DNA of 64,000 nucleotides from an uncultured Actinomycetes bacterium (GCA_963704725.1 OY969934.1:2432001-2496000), one strand, 5' to 3'. Shown: positions 17,607-28,323, counted from the stretch's first letter. Made by a program: numbers and translations. Notes: generated by a model not told the origin, from the sequence alone.

Positions 17607-18152
17607 TCAGAACGACGTGAGGGCGATCTCGGCCTTAGTGTTGACCCGCCGGAGCTCGACCATCGCCTGGAGCCGGTCGAGCTTGGCCTGCTCCTCAGCG
17701 CCGAGCGCCGCACGGAGCTCGTTCAGGGCGCGCATCTGGTCGGCCGCCTCGGCCTCGCGGCCCGCGACCTCGCGCTCCCAGAGCACGGCGTCGCGCATCG
17801 GCGCGACGAGGATCACGATCGCCTCGTACACGTAGAACCTCGTGAGGAAGTTCCAGTAGGTGACGCCGCTGGCCCACGCCGTGATGTGCTGACCGAGCTC
17901 GACGCCCCCCCACGCCGTCGCGGCGGCGGCCGCCATCAGCGTGCCGACCCACCGCCCGCGGGCGTACGTCACGAGCCCGATCGGCACGAGGTAGAAGATG
18001 CCCACCGCGAAGGCTCCCGAGACGGCGTCGATCAGCCCGATCAGGGCCATCAGCAACAGCCCGAAGATCACGACGAACGGCGGCGAGAACGTGTCGAGGA
18101 ATCGCTCGAGGGCCGAGATCAACGTGTAACCGAGGTGGCTGTCGTCCACCAT
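17607..18152 (-). CDS. Hypothetical membrane protein (4 TM + coiled coil, sensor-like)
   Basis: FYLVPI, WNFLTR pattern typical of membrane sensor input domains; no output domain. Confidence 0.6.
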   Translation of the reverse strand: MVDDSHLGYTLISALERFLDTFSPPFVVIFGLLLMALIGLIDAVSGAFAVGIFYLVPIGLVTYARGRWVGTLMAAAAATAWGGVELGQHITAWASGVTYWNFLTRFYVYEAIVILVAPMRDAVLWEREVAGREAEAADQMRALNELRAALGAEEQAKLDRLQAMVELRRVNTKAEIALTSF

Positions 18153-18373
18153 CCGGCGGAGGCGGGACGGGGGTCGACGCAGGTTCCGAGACATGGGGCT
18201 CCTTCCGTCACCCGTCCGGTCGGCACGGCCCCCGATCGGTTCAGAACGCGGGCGCGGAAACGAGCGGAAACCCACCGCCCCTGCGGGTTCTCCGTACCGA
18301 GGACCGGGTGCTCCCCGGGCCGCGATGTCGTCCCGCCGTCCGCAGTGCAGTACCGTGCGGTCCGAAGCAGCCG

Positions 18374-18456
18374 GCGAGAGTGGCGGAACGGCAGACGCTC
18401 CGGATTTAGGATCCGGTGCCCGAAAGGGCGTGGGAGTTCGAGTCTCCCCTCTCGCA
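18374..18456 (+). tRNA. tRNA-Leu(TAG)
   Basis: Acceptor GCGAGAG/CTCTCGC, anticodon arm CCGGA-TTTAGGA-TCCGG, long variable arm GCCC-GAAA-GGGC, T-loop TTCGAGT. Confidence 0.97.
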
Positions 18457-18895
18457 CTATCTCTGACCTGCGGGGGTCCTCTTGTGGAGGGTGATCAAGC
18501 AGGGTCGAGAGGGGCCGTTCGCTGCCGCTCGAGCAGGTCTTCCCCGTCCGGATGGTCGTCCTCGGTCTCTCCGGCTACGTCTCGGCGACGACGTGGCTCG
18601 TCGACCTCGAGCTCAGGATGTTCGACGCGTACGACGCGTACCGAGTCCAGCGGGGATGGGTCGAGCGGGCGCCGATCAAGACGATGTCGCGATCGACACG
18701 CCGAGCCCTTCCCGAACGGCTCGACCGGCCGGCACACCCTCGCCGTCCGGGTCGCCTGAGCCGCCTCGATCGGCGCGAGAACGGCCGGAGGCACCCCGGT
18801 GCTGGGGGGCCGCTGGACCCTGTCCTCCACGCGGCGCACGCACGAGACTGAGCCTGGTCTGCCGGATCCGATGTGCCCTCCGCCCGAGGAGGTCG

Positions 18896-19945
18896 GTGAG
18901 GGTGCGAAGGACGATCGCGCTCGCCGTCACCGTCGTGATCCTCTCCGCCTGCACCGGCGGGACCGAACGCTCGGGCGGGCTGTCCCAACCGCGCGAACTC
19001 CAGGATGGCATCACGTTCACCAGCGGGTGGTGGTCCGAAGCGCTCCACGGACCGGACGCCGTGGAGGCGATGACGAACCTCGCGGACACCCGCGCCGGAT
19101 GGGTCGCCATCGTCATCAACTGGTTCCAGGGCCGGGTCGCCGCGACGGACATCCGCCCCCTGAAGAACATGACCCCACCCGACGTGGATGTCGCGCGCAT
19201 GATCCGGCTCGCCCACGAGCTCGGGCTGACGGTGATGCTGAAGCCGCATGTCGACCTCGTGCGCAAGTACTGGAACAAGCCGAAGATCGGGACGACCTGG
19301 GGGGACGACCCCGACGCCAGGGACGCCTGGTTCGCGAGCTACGAGGCGTTCATCTTCCACTACGCCGACATCGCCGAGGCCGAGGGCGTCGAGGAGTTCG
19401 CGGTCGGCACCGAGCTCGCCGGCACCACCGGGCAGACGGACCGCTGGCGCGAGGTCGTCCACGGCGTCCGGGATCGCTTCTCGGGGACGCTCACCTACGC
19501 CGCGTTGTTCACCGGCGAGGAATCCGCCATCCGTTGGTGGGACGCCGTGGACCTGATCGGCGTCGACGCGTACTGGCAGATGACCGACGAGGACGACCCG
19601 ACGGTGGAGGAGCTGAAGGATTCCTGGACGCCGGTCCTCCAGCAGATGGCCGAGCTCTCCGAACGATGGGACGACAAGCCCATCCTGTTCACGGAGATCG
19701 GATACCGGAGCCTCGACGGTGGCAACCAGAACCTCTGGGCGCCCTGGATGTTGGATCGACCGCTGGATCTACAGGAGCAGGCAGACTGCTACCTGGCCGC
19801 GTTCGAGTCGGTCTGGGACGAGCCGTGGTTCGCGGGGATGTACTGGTGGGACTGGAGCGCCGACCCGAAGGTGGGTGGCTCCCGGGATGGTGGCTTCACC
19901 CCCTTCGGGAAGCCGGCCGAGGAAGTGCTCCGCTCCTGGTACTGA
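18896..19945 (+). CDS. Glycoside hydrolase family 113-like lipoprotein
   Basis: Lipobox LSAC; VMLKPHV, VGTEL, IGVDAY, ILFTEIGYRS, GMYWW. Confidence 0.85.
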   Translation: MRVRRTIALAVTVVILSACTGGTERSGGLSQPRELQDGITFTSGWWSEALHGPDAVEAMTNLADTRAGWVAIVINWFQGRVAATDIRPLKNMTPPDVDVARMIRLAHELGLTVMLKPHVDLVRKYWNKPKIGTTWGDDPDARDAWFASYEAFIFHYADIAEAEGVEEFAVGTELAGTTGQTDRWREVVHGVRDRFSGTLTYAALFTGEESAIRWWDAVDLIGVDAYWQMTDEDDPTVEELKDSWTPVLQQMAELSERWDDKPILFTEIGYRSLDGGNQNLWAPWMLDRPLDLQEQADCYLAAFESVWDEPWFAGMYWWDWSADPKVGGSRDGGFTPFGKPAEEVLRSWY

Positions 19946-20119
19946 GCGGGCGCTAACCTTCGTTTGCCACCTCCCCTTGGGGCAGGACTCTACGGAGCAC
20001 GGACAGAGGAGCGCACCTCGCTCGGGAGCCACCACCGTTTGGACGAACGGCTGAAACGCGAGTCGTCCCCCGCGCTGCGTGCTGGCGGGACGCATCCGAG
20101 GCGTGCCACACTCCGCGCC

Positions 20120-22234
20120 ATGTCGATCCGCCGGGCCGCCGTCGCGCTGGTTCTGCTCGCCTCCGTGGTGACGCCCGTCTCCGTCCCCGGGGCGAGCGCG
20201 GCGCCACCCGAGACATCGGCCGCGCTCGCGGTGCCCGCCGGGTTCACGGACGCGCTCGTCGTGCCGGTGACGGCGCCGACGGCGTTCGCCTTCCATCCGG
20301 ACGGGCGGATGTTCGTCACGACACAGACCGGCCAGGTCCGCATCGTTCGGGACGGTGCGCTGGTGCCCACGCCGGCCCTGAACCTGAGCGGTGTCCTGTG
20401 CGGCGACTCCGAGCGCGGGCTGCTCGGCATCGCCCTAGACCCCGACGTGAGCACGAACGGGTTCGTCTACCTTTTCTACACGTTCAAGAAGTTCGGGACC
20501 TGCGTGACGAACTCGCCGAACTCCCCCGTCAACCGCGTCTCGCGCTTCACGCTCACCGGCGACACGATCGACCCGGCGAGCGAGCTCGTCCTCGTCGACG
20601 GGATGCCTTCGCCGAACGGCAACCACAACGCCGGCGACGTTCACGTCGGCAACGACGGCAATCTCTACATCTCGATCGGCGACGGCGGTTGCGACTACGC
20701 CGGCAACAGCGGGTGCGCCGGGGCCAACGACGCGGCGCGCGACCTGAACACGCTCACCGGCAAGATCGTGCGCGTCACCAGGACCGGCGGTATCCCCGCG
20801 GGCAACCCGTTCACCGGACCCGGCACCGCGCGGTGCAACACCGGCTCGACCACGCCGGGGACGACCTGCCAGGAGATCTTCGCCACCGGGCTCCGCAACC
20901 CGTTCCGCCTGGCGTTCGACCCGAACACGACGTCCACCGCGTTCCGCATCAACGACGTGGGACAGGGGACCTGGGAGGAGATCGACGCGGGAATCGCCGG
21001 CGCCGACTACGGGTGGAACGTTCGCGAGGGGCACTGCGCGAACGGCTCGACGACCAACTGCGGACCCCCGCCGGCCGGCATGACGAACCCGATCTTCGAC
21101 TACGACCACTCGGGCGGGTGCGCCTCGATCACCGGCGGCGCCTTCATCCCGGCCGGCGTGTGGCCGGCGAGCTACGGCGGCGACTACCTGTTCAGCGACT
21201 ACGTCTGCGGGACCATCTTCCGGCTCGAGCCCGACGGTGCCGGCGGCTTCGTCCGCACGACGTTCACCACCGCGCTCGGCGCGAACAGCGCCGTGGAGCT
21301 CGGCTTCGGTCCATTCGGCACCACGCAGGCGCTCTACTACACGAGCTACGCAGGCGGTGGCCAGGTTCGGCGCATCTCGTTCGGCGTGCCGGTCGCGTCG
21401 TTCACGGCGACGCCGTCGAGCGGGCCGGCGCCGCTCACCGTGACGTTCGATGGTTCGGCGAGCAACGACCCGGACGGCCAGCCGCTGACGTTCGAGTGGG
21501 CGTTCGGCGACGGCGGCACCTCGACGACGGGTCCCACCGTCCAGCACACCTACACCTCGGCGGGTTCCTTCACCGCCTCGCTCGTCGTGCGGGACGCCTC
21601 GAACAACGCGTCCCCGCCGGCCACCCGGACGATCGACGTCACCGCGACCGGCAACACGCCGCCGGTGCCCGTGATCCAGTCGCCCGCGGCCGGCTCGACG
21701 TTCGCCGTGGGCCAGCAGGTCACCCTCACCGGCAGGGCCACCGACGCACAGGACAAGAAGCTCCCCGCTTCCCGGCTGTCGTGGCAGGTCCTGCTCCACC
21801 ACGTGCCGGTCGGAGGAACGGAGCACACCCACCCGCTGGCCTCCGGGACCGGGGTGTCGCTCACGTTCGCCTTCCCGGCGCCCGAGGACCTCGACGCGAC
21901 GCAGGGCAGCTGGGTCGAGGCGATCCTGCAGGCCACGGACTCGGCGGGCGCCTCGGCGAGCGTGACGCGCCGGCTGGACCCCGTTCGCGTGGCCGTCACG
22001 CTGGCCACGACGCCGCCCGGCCTTCAGGTGACGCTCGCGACCCCGAGCGACCTCACCCGAACGCTGGTCGGCCCGGGCACGGTCACTTCATGGCAGGGCT
22101 GGGTGCTCACGATCGGCGCCCCTTCGCCCCAGGGCAACCGGCGCTTCCGGTCGTGGTCGGACGGCGGCGCGCAGACGCACACGGTCGTAACCCCGGCGTC
22201 GGCGACCACCTACACGGCGTCGTTCGGCAAGTGA
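20120..22234 (+). CDS. Secreted PQQ-dependent sugar dehydrogenase (GSDH beta-propeller) with PKD domain
   Basis: Signal peptide; ERGLLGIALDP, NHNAG, GLRNPFR, WEEI, DYGW; PKD FDGSASNDPDG..WAFGDG. Confidence 0.88.
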   Translation: MSIRRAAVALVLLASVVTPVSVPGASAAPPETSAALAVPAGFTDALVVPVTAPTAFAFHPDGRMFVTTQTGQVRIVRDGALVPTPALNLSGVLCGDSERGLLGIALDPDVSTNGFVYLFYTFKKFGTCVTNSPNSPVNRVSRFTLTGDTIDPASELVLVDGMPSPNGNHNAGDVHVGNDGNLYISIGDGGCDYAGNSGCAGANDAARDLNTLTGKIVRVTRTGGIPAGNPFTGPGTARCNTGSTTPGTTCQEIFATGLRNPFRLAFDPNTTSTAFRINDVGQGTWEEIDAGIAGADYGWNVREGHCANGSTTNCGPPPAGMTNPIFDYDHSGGCASITGGAFIPAGVWPASYGGDYLFSDYVCGTIFRLEPDGAGGFVRTTFTTALGANSAVELGFGPFGTTQALYYTSYAGGGQVRRISFGVPVASFTATPSSGPAPLTVTFDGSASNDPDGQPLTFEWAFGDGGTSTTGPTVQHTYTSAGSFTASLVVRDASNNASPPATRTIDVTATGNTPPVPVIQSPAAGSTFAVGQQVTLTGRATDAQDKKLPASRLSWQVLLHHVPVGGTEHTHPLASGTGVSLTFAFPAPEDLDATQGSWVEAILQATDSAGASASVTRRLDPVRVAVTLATTPPGLQVTLATPSDLTRTLVGPGTVTSWQGWVLTIGAPSPQGNRRFRSWSDGGAQTHTVVTPASATTYTASFGK

Positions 22235-22980
22235 GCCCCGCGACCTCCCGTGATCTCCCGTACTACCGGCGCGACCTCGCGCTCATCCATCACCTCGGCT
22301 TCGGCTTCCACGCCCACGCCTGCGCCCCGGGGATCCTGGCGGTGCTCGAGCCGGTGCGCGAGCGGGACGGGATCGTCCTCGAGCTCGGCTGCGGCAGCGG
22401 TCTGCTCACCCGGCACCTGCTCGACGCGGGGCACCGCGTCGTCGCCACCGACGCCTCGCCGGCCATGCTCGATCTCGCTCGCGACGTGGCCGGCGACGCC
22501 GAGGAGATCCGCGAGCTCGTGCTCCCCGACGACTCGATCCCGGAGGCGGACGCCATCGTCTCGGTCGGCCATGTGCTGAGCTACCTACCCGACGACGAGG
22601 CGGTCGACCGCGGGCTCGTGGCGATCGCGAACGCGCTCCGCCCCGGGGGGGTCCTCGCGCTGGATCTGTGCGATCTCGAGTGGGGCCAGGCTCGCCACGG
22701 CGCGCCGAGCGCGGGGTGGGTGGGCGACGGCTGGGCCATCGTCACCGAGTTCGACGTCCCCTCACCCGACCGGTCCGTTCGGCAGATGGCGACCTTCGTC
22801 CGTACCGACGATGGCTCGTGGCGGCGGGACGACGAACGACACGAGAACGTGCTGATCGACACGGCACGCGTTCCCGCCCTGCTGGCCAAGCACGGCGTCG
22901 AGGCCACCGTGCGGCGGTCGTTCGGGACCGAGGAGCTCCCGGCGGGGCTCCACGCGATCGTCGGGCGTCGACCCGCGTAG
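22231..22980 (+). CDS. Class I SAM-dependent methyltransferase
   Basis: VLELGCGSG, TDASPAML, LRPGGVL; GTGA overlap with the upstream stop. Confidence 0.88.
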   Translation: MSPATSRDLPYYRRDLALIHHLGFGFHAHACAPGILAVLEPVRERDGIVLELGCGSGLLTRHLLDAGHRVVATDASPAMLDLARDVAGDAEEIRELVLPDDSIPEADAIVSVGHVLSYLPDDEAVDRGLVAIANALRPGGVLALDLCDLEWGQARHGAPSAGWVGDGWAIVTEFDVPSPDRSVRQMATFVRTDDGSWRRDDERHENVLIDTARVPALLAKHGVEATVRRSFGTEELPAGLHAIVGRRPA

Positions 22981-23008
22981 GGGGCCGGCCCCGTTCGGGC
23001 CGGCCCCC
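22980..23008. terminator. Perfect 12-bp GC hairpin between convergent genes
   Basis: GGGGGCCGGCCC-CGTTC-GGGCCGGCCCCC. Confidence 0.75.
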
Positions 23009-23027
23009 GGATCGATCTCCCCGAGCC

Positions 23028-24950
23028 TCAGGGCGCGGAGAGCCGCGACACGCGCGTCGACCAGTTGGCGAGCGCGCTGCGGGTGCCGCCGCAGCTCGTG
23101 TCCGCCGCGTACTGCTCGAGGGTGCACGTCTGGCCGATCCACTCCGACGCGATCCAGATCGTGCCCCCGTCCGTGGTCGCCGCTCCATAGTCGCCCCAGC
23201 GAGGACGGCCACCCCCGATGAAGTACTCGGTGAAACCGTCCTGCGGGCCGACCCCGACACCGGCCACGTGGATGGCGCTGGTGCCGCCCTTGGCCGCGAT
23301 CTGCACGTACGCGGCGGTCGGGTAGAAGTCCTCGCCCGTGAGCGTGAACGCCATGTACCCACGGCCGTTCGGCGGCGTGGCGATCGCCGGGTAAGACACA
23401 CTGCCGTTCTCCACGGCGACGTATCCCTGGTTCGACAGCGGGGCCGACAGCGCTCCGCCCTTGCCGAACCTCGGCGCGAAGACGAACCAGGCGATCCCCG
23501 CCCGGGTCTCGCCGCCGACGTTCACGATCGTGTCGAGCGCCGCGAACAGCTTGCCGGCGGCGAACCACGTCTGCTGCATCCGGCTGTCGTTGCTGTTGAG
23601 GGGGCCCTCCACCTGCGGGGTGGGCGGCGGCCCGAACCCGAAGCAGTCCAGGTTCAGGCAGTCGGCGAGCGGGACGTCGCCCGCCTTCTGCACCGAGAGC
23701 GGAGGGATCCCGTACAGCTCGGTGCCCACCACCTTGTGCTGAAGGACGAGCGCCGGCGAGGCCGAGTCCAACGACGACGTGTTGGAGAGCGACCACACGG
23801 TCACCGAGGTCGCGAACCCGTCCGCGTCGTGGGACTCGTCTCTCGTCGACATCGAGGACGCGAAGAACTCGGTACCGCCCTGCAGATGGGAGTACAGGCC
23901 CGGAGCGTTGGCCGGCCACACGGTGAACCCAGGCTGCCCGGCCTCCGGGATCTCCAGGTTCTCGAGCAGCACGACCGTGATCGAGGCCGCACCGGCCACC
24001 AGCGCCGACTTGCTGATCGCGTAGAGCTGGGCCGCCGTGTACGGCTGTGAGTTCGACAGGAACGAGTACTCGTTCGTCGTGGCGTAGAAGCCGTTCCCGT
24101 CGATCCCGATGTGCGGGTAGTCCCCGATGCACGGTCCCTCACCGGTGTCGTCCGGCCCGAGGCAGTGGTGGTTGGGCGTTCCCTGGGTCCCGTCGTTCTG
24201 GACCGGGATCGTGTACAGGTTCCAGGCCCCGAGCGGATCGGCGGTCTGGCTAACGGCGAGGTCCAGGTGGTTCGGACCGAGGAAGGCCCCCGACACCGGA
24301 TCCACGTCGAGCGTGAGCACGAGGTGGAACCAGCGATCGGTCGTCAGGTCGAACAGGCAGCTCGGGTCGGTGAGGAACGGCCCCGAGATCCCGGTGGTCC
24401 GGTCGATCGACGGTGGGTAGCCGTAGAACGCGTTGAGCGCGACCGGCCCCGTCAGGGAGTTCCCGGACGTGTCGGTGACCTCGAGCACGTCGTTGACCGT
24501 GTTCAGCACGAAACCGTTGCCGGCACACAGCCCTTGGTCAGGCGGCTCGAGGCTGAACTGGTTCCCGTTGCTCGCGAACCGGTTCTGGAAGTGGTTGAGG
24601 CCCTCGAACGACGTGAGGAGCCCGGGCGCCGCCCCGTCGACCGGCGTCCCGGAGACGACCGGCGGCGACACCGGTGCCCGCGCAGGTCTCGAGCTCGACT
24701 CCAGCCGCGACAGATGGCGCAGGGCCTGGGCGCGGTCCGGTTCCCCGCCCGAGCCACCCGGGAACTCGGGGAGCTCGACCCCGCTGACCCGGATCGCGCC
24801 GGCGGCGGGCGTCGTGGTTCCGCGATTCACGATCGTGAGCGTCTGGGTGTCGGCGCCGGCCGTCGAGACGATCCCGACCGAGATGGCCGTCGGGATGCCG
24901 GCGACCAACGCCATGGCCGCGAGCGACGACAACAGCTTCCTTCGGTGCAT
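23028..24950 (-). CDS. Secreted hypothetical protein, 640 aa
   Basis: Signal peptide; EPPDQGLC, GDYPHIG, RWGDY, ANWST motifs; strong coding bias; GGGGGA RBS. Confidence 0.8.
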   Translation of the reverse strand: MHRRKLLSSLAAMALVAGIPTAISVGIVSTAGADTQTLTIVNRGTTTPAAGAIRVSGVELPEFPGGSGGEPDRAQALRHLSRLESSSRPARAPVSPPVVSGTPVDGAAPGLLTSFEGLNHFQNRFASNGNQFSLEPPDQGLCAGNGFVLNTVNDVLEVTDTSGNSLTGPVALNAFYGYPPSIDRTTGISGPFLTDPSCLFDLTTDRWFHLVLTLDVDPVSGAFLGPNHLDLAVSQTADPLGAWNLYTIPVQNDGTQGTPNHHCLGPDDTGEGPCIGDYPHIGIDGNGFYATTNEYSFLSNSQPYTAAQLYAISKSALVAGAASITVVLLENLEIPEAGQPGFTVWPANAPGLYSHLQGGTEFFASSMSTRDESHDADGFATSVTVWSLSNTSSLDSASPALVLQHKVVGTELYGIPPLSVQKAGDVPLADCLNLDCFGFGPPPTPQVEGPLNSNDSRMQQTWFAAGKLFAALDTIVNVGGETRAGIAWFVFAPRFGKGGALSAPLSNQGYVAVENGSVSYPAIATPPNGRGYMAFTLTGEDFYPTAAYVQIAAKGGTSAIHVAGVGVGPQDGFTEYFIGGGRPRWGDYGAATTDGGTIWIASEWIGQTCTLEQYAADTSCGGTRSALANWSTRVSRLSAP

Positions 24951-25165
24951 GAAGATCCCCCTTCTTCGACTGCGTTGGCACGAAGGCGTCCGCCACAGGC
25001 GCGGCCGTGCATCCCCCCTTCCTCACGCCTGGATCCCGAGCGGGATCCGTCCATCGCCGGCGGACCCGAAGGCACGGCACAGCCTATGCCAGCAAGGAGT
25101 ACGGGCGGCACGCGTCATCCGACGTAGAGGGGCCGCGGCTGAGGGAACCGAAGTCGACCGGCCGT

Positions 25166-26230
25166 TCAGTCGAGGACGGCGGGGTCGCGCCCCTCGAGGC
25201 CTCGGAGCCATTGCCGGACGTTCTCGCCGAGGTGATCCAGGAAGTACCCGCCTTCCTGCAGGACGACCACCCGCCTGCCGAGGGCCGCCACCCGGCGGCC
25301 CGCCTCCTGGTAGGCGGCCGTCGTGAGCGCGAGGTCGCAGATCGGGTCGAGCTCGTAGGTGTCGATCCCGAGGGACACGACCACGATCTCTCCGCCGAAC
25401 GCGGCGATCCGCTCCGATCCGCGATCGAGGTTCTCCAGGTAGGTCTCGTTCGTGCATCGGATCGGCAGTGGGAGATTGAGCGTCGCGCCCCGCCCCCGGC
25501 CGGCACCCGTCTCATCGGCGAACCCGGAGAAGTAGGGATACGCGCGATCGGGGTCGCCGTGGAGCGAGACGTACAGGACGTCGCCGCGCTCGTAGAAGAT
25601 CTGCTGGGTCCCATTGCCGTGGTGGTAGTCCACGTCGAGGATCGCCACGGGTTCGCCGGCTTGCCGCGCAAGCTCCTCGGCGACGATCGCGGCGTTGTTG
25701 AGGAAGCAGTACCCGCCGAACATCCCGCGCGCGGCGTGGTGTCCGGGCGGGCGGCACAGCCCGTAGGCGAACCGTTCGCCCGCAAGGACGAGGTCCGCCG
25801 CCGTGAGCGCCACGTCCACCGACGCGCGCGCGGCGGGGTACGTGCCCTCGACCATCGGGGTCGCGGTGTCGAAGCACCAGCGCCCGATGCCCGCCCTCGT
25901 CGTCTTCGGCTCGCGCCCTGGGCCCATGCCCTCGCGGTAGGCCGCGAGCGCGAAGGTGTCGGGGAAGATCTCGTCCGCCTCCTCGCCGGCCTCGCGCCAG
26001 TCCCGCCACGCCCCCTCCAGGAACTCGACCATGGCGGGATCGTGGACGGCCTTGATGGGTCCGGCGCCGTGCTCCATGGGCTCGGCCGTCTCGAACCCGC
26101 CGTCGGACTCCAGCGCGGACAGGATCGTCTCGGCGCGGTCGGGCGTCTCGAAGATGTCGATGGCCCGGCCGTCGGCGAGCTCATGCGCGGGGGCGTGGCG
26201 CCGGTGCTCGGGGCTGAACACGACGCGCAC
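25166..26230 (-). CDS. Histone deacetylase family protein (acetylpolyamine amidohydrolase-like)
   Basis: CRPPGHH, GYCFLNNAA, LDVDYHHGNGTQ, QEGGY. Confidence 0.9.
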   Translation of the reverse strand: MRVVFSPEHRRHAPAHELADGRAIDIFETPDRAETILSALESDGGFETAEPMEHGAGPIKAVHDPAMVEFLEGAWRDWREAGEEADEIFPDTFALAAYREGMGPGREPKTTRAGIGRWCFDTATPMVEGTYPAARASVDVALTAADLVLAGERFAYGLCRPPGHHAARGMFGGYCFLNNAAIVAEELARQAGEPVAILDVDYHHGNGTQQIFYERGDVLYVSLHGDPDRAYPYFSGFADETGAGRGRGATLNLPLPIRCTNETYLENLDRGSERIAAFGGEIVVVSLGIDTYELDPICDLALTTAAYQEAGRRVAALGRRVVVLQEGGYFLDHLGENVRQWLRGLEGRDPAVLD

Positions 26231-26232
26231 GG

Positions 26233-26832
26233 CTAGCCCTCCAACCGTTCTCGGAGGGCGCGGAACGCGCGTCCCCGATGGCTGACGGCGTCCTTCTCCG
26301 CGTCCGAGAGCTCGGCCATGGTGCGCTCGGAGCCGTCAGGGACGAACGCCGGGTCGTAGCCGAACCCGCCCGACCCTCGGGGCTCGGTGACCAGCCGCCC
26401 TTCGCACGTCCCCTCCGCCCACACCTCGGCGCCGTCCGGCCGGGCGAGCGCCGCGACGCACCGGTACCGGGCCGTGCGCTCCGCCGCCGGCACCTCCGAC
26501 ATCGTCCGCAGGAGCAGCTCGAGGTTGTCCCGGTCTGTGGCCTCCTCGCCTGCGTAGCGTGCGGACCGGGGGCCGGGCGCGCCGTCCAGCGCGTCGACCT
26601 CGAGTCCGGAGTCGTCGGCCACCGCGGGGACGCCGAGCGCCGCCGCGACCTCTCGCGCCTTGGCCAACGCGTTCTCCAGGTACGTGTCGTGCGGCTCCTC
26701 GACGTCGGGCCACGGCCCGTCGTGGTCGAGCGCGGTGATCCACGTGACCGGCCAGTCGGCGCAGATGCGCCCGATCTCCCGGAGCTTGTGCGCGTTCTGG
26801 GACGCGATGGCGAGCCGCTCGGGGAACGCCAT
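26233..26832 (-). CDS. rdgB: RdgB/HAM1 non-canonical purine NTP pyrophosphatase
   Basis: ASQNAHKLRE, ENALAKA, ADDSGL, GFGYDP, SHRGRA. Confidence 0.95.
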   Translation of the reverse strand: MAFPERLAIASQNAHKLREIGRICADWPVTWITALDHDGPWPDVEEPHDTYLENALAKAREVAAALGVPAVADDSGLEVDALDGAPGPRSARYAGEEATDRDNLELLLRTMSEVPAAERTARYRCVAALARPDGAEVWAEGTCEGRLVTEPRGSGGFGYDPAFVPDGSERTMAELSDAEKDAVSHRGRAFRALRERLEG

Positions 26833-26834
26833 CG

Positions 26835-27554
26835 CTACGCGAGGGCGTCGCGCTGCGCCTGCGTGAGCTGCTTGATGCCCGACTCCGCGAGGTTCAGGAG
26901 GGCGTCGAGCTCGGCCCGCGAGAACGGCTCCCCCTCGGCGGTGCCCTGGATCTCGACGAGGGCCCCCGAGCCCGTGGTCACGACGTTGCAGTCGACCTCG
27001 GCGCCGGCGTCCTCCTCGTACGACAGGTCGAGCACCGGCTCGCCGCCCACGACGCCCACGCTCACGGCGGCCACCGTGTCGACGAGCACGCCCGCCTTCA
27101 CCACCCCCGTCTCCTCGAGCTGCCGGACCGCCGTTGCCAGCGCCAGGTACCCGGCGGTGATCGAGGCGCACCGGGTGCCGGCATCGGCGAGCAGCACGTC
27201 GCAGTCGATCGTGATCGTCCGCTCCCCGAGCTTGGCGAGGTTCGTCACGGCACGGAGCGAACGGCCGATGAGGCGCTGGATCTCCTGCGTCCGGCCGCTG
27301 GGGCGGCCCTTGCTCACCTCGCGCTGCGTGCGCTCGGCCGTGGCGCGCGGGAGCATCGAGTACTCCGCCGTCACCCACCCGCGCCCGGTGCCGCGCATCC
27401 ACCGCGGCGAATCCTCGATCACCGACGCCGCGACGAGGACCCGGGTCCGCCCCTGGGAGAACAGGACCGACCCCTCGGCCCAGTCCTGGAAGCCGAACTC
27501 GATCGCGATCGGGCGCAGCTCGTCGGCCTGCCGGCCGTCGGGCCGGGGGCTCAT
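26835..27554 (-). CDS. rph: Ribonuclease PH
   Basis: [33 protein letters not shown]. Confidence 0.97.
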   Translation of the reverse strand: MSPRPDGRQADELRPIAIEFGFQDWAEGSVLFSQGRTRVLVAASVIEDSPRWMRGTGRGWVTAEYSMLPRATAERTQREVSKGRPSGRTQEIQRLIGRSLRAVTNLAKLGERTITIDCDVLLADAGTRCASITAGYLALATAVRQLEETGVVKAGVLVDTVAAVSVGVVGGEPVLDLSYEEDAGAEVDCNVVTTGSGALVEIQGTAEGEPFSRAELDALLNLAESGIKQLTQAQRDALA

Positions 27555-27570
27555 CGGGAGCCGGCGGCCC

Positions 27571-28323
27571 TCATCCGCCCACCTCGAACACGAGGCCCTC
27601 GGCCGCCGCCGCGATCGGACCGCCGTACTCCTCCGCCGCCTGCTCCCTGGACAGGTCGTGGTCGAGCGTCGGCCAGATGTGCGTGAGGACGAGCGCGGCG
27701 ACGCCGGCCTCTCGGGCGTGGATCGCCGCCTGGCGCGAGGACATGTGGAACGGCAGCAGGTCGTCGCGGTCCTGCCACGTCGCCTCCGCGAGCAGCAGGT
27801 CGGCGTTGCGCGCGAGATCCTCGACGTGGTGCGTGGGGCCTGTGTCGCCCGTGTACATGAGGACCGTGCCGTCGGCCGCGATCCGAAAGCCCAGGGCGGC
27901 CAGCCCGAGATGCGCCATGGGCTGCGTCTGCACCCGGAAGGGCCCGATCTCGAAGGCCTCGCCCGGCGTCACCTCGGAGAAGGAGAACGCCGTGCGCATC
28001 ACGACCTGCGAATCGATCGAGACGACGTCGGCGAGCTTCTGCGTGAAGTCCGTGGGCACGAACACCGGGAGGCCGGGCCGGCCCAGCTCGCCGTAGTGCC
28101 ACGCGTAGAAGCACGGGTAGAGGTCGACGAAATGGTCGGGATGCTCGTGGCTGATCACGATCGCGTCGATCTCGGACAGGTCGATGTGGTGCTGGAGGTT
28201 CGCGAGCGTCCCCGTCCCGGCGTCCATCCACAGGTTGAAGCCATCGTGCTGGACGAGGTAGCCGCTCGTCGCCGTGTCGGGGTTGGGCCAGGTTCCGCTC
28301 GCGCCGAGGACCGTCAGCCTCAT
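27571..28323 (-). CDS. MBL-fold metallo-hydrolase (Rv1339-like)
   Basis: SHEHPDH, YTGDT, LTHIWP; conserved position between murI and rph. Confidence 0.9.
   Translation of the reverse strand: MRLTVLGASGTWPNPDTATSGYLVQHDGFNLWMDAGTGTLANLQHHIDLSEIDAIVISHEHPDHFVDLYPCFYAWHYGELGRPGLPVFVPTDFTQKLADVVSIDSQVVMRTAFSFSEVTPGEAFEIGPFRVQTQPMAHLGLAALGFRIAADGTVLMYTGDTGPTHHVEDLARNADLLLAEATWQDRDDLLPFHMSSRQAAIHAREAGVAALVLTHIWPTLDHDLSREQAAEEYGGPIAAAAEGLVFEVGG

Noticed and set aside
18552-18851. 99-aa ORF after tRNA-Leu
   Set aside because: No recognisable motif and a low-complexity Arg-rich tail; may be a remnant, but not supportable as a gene.
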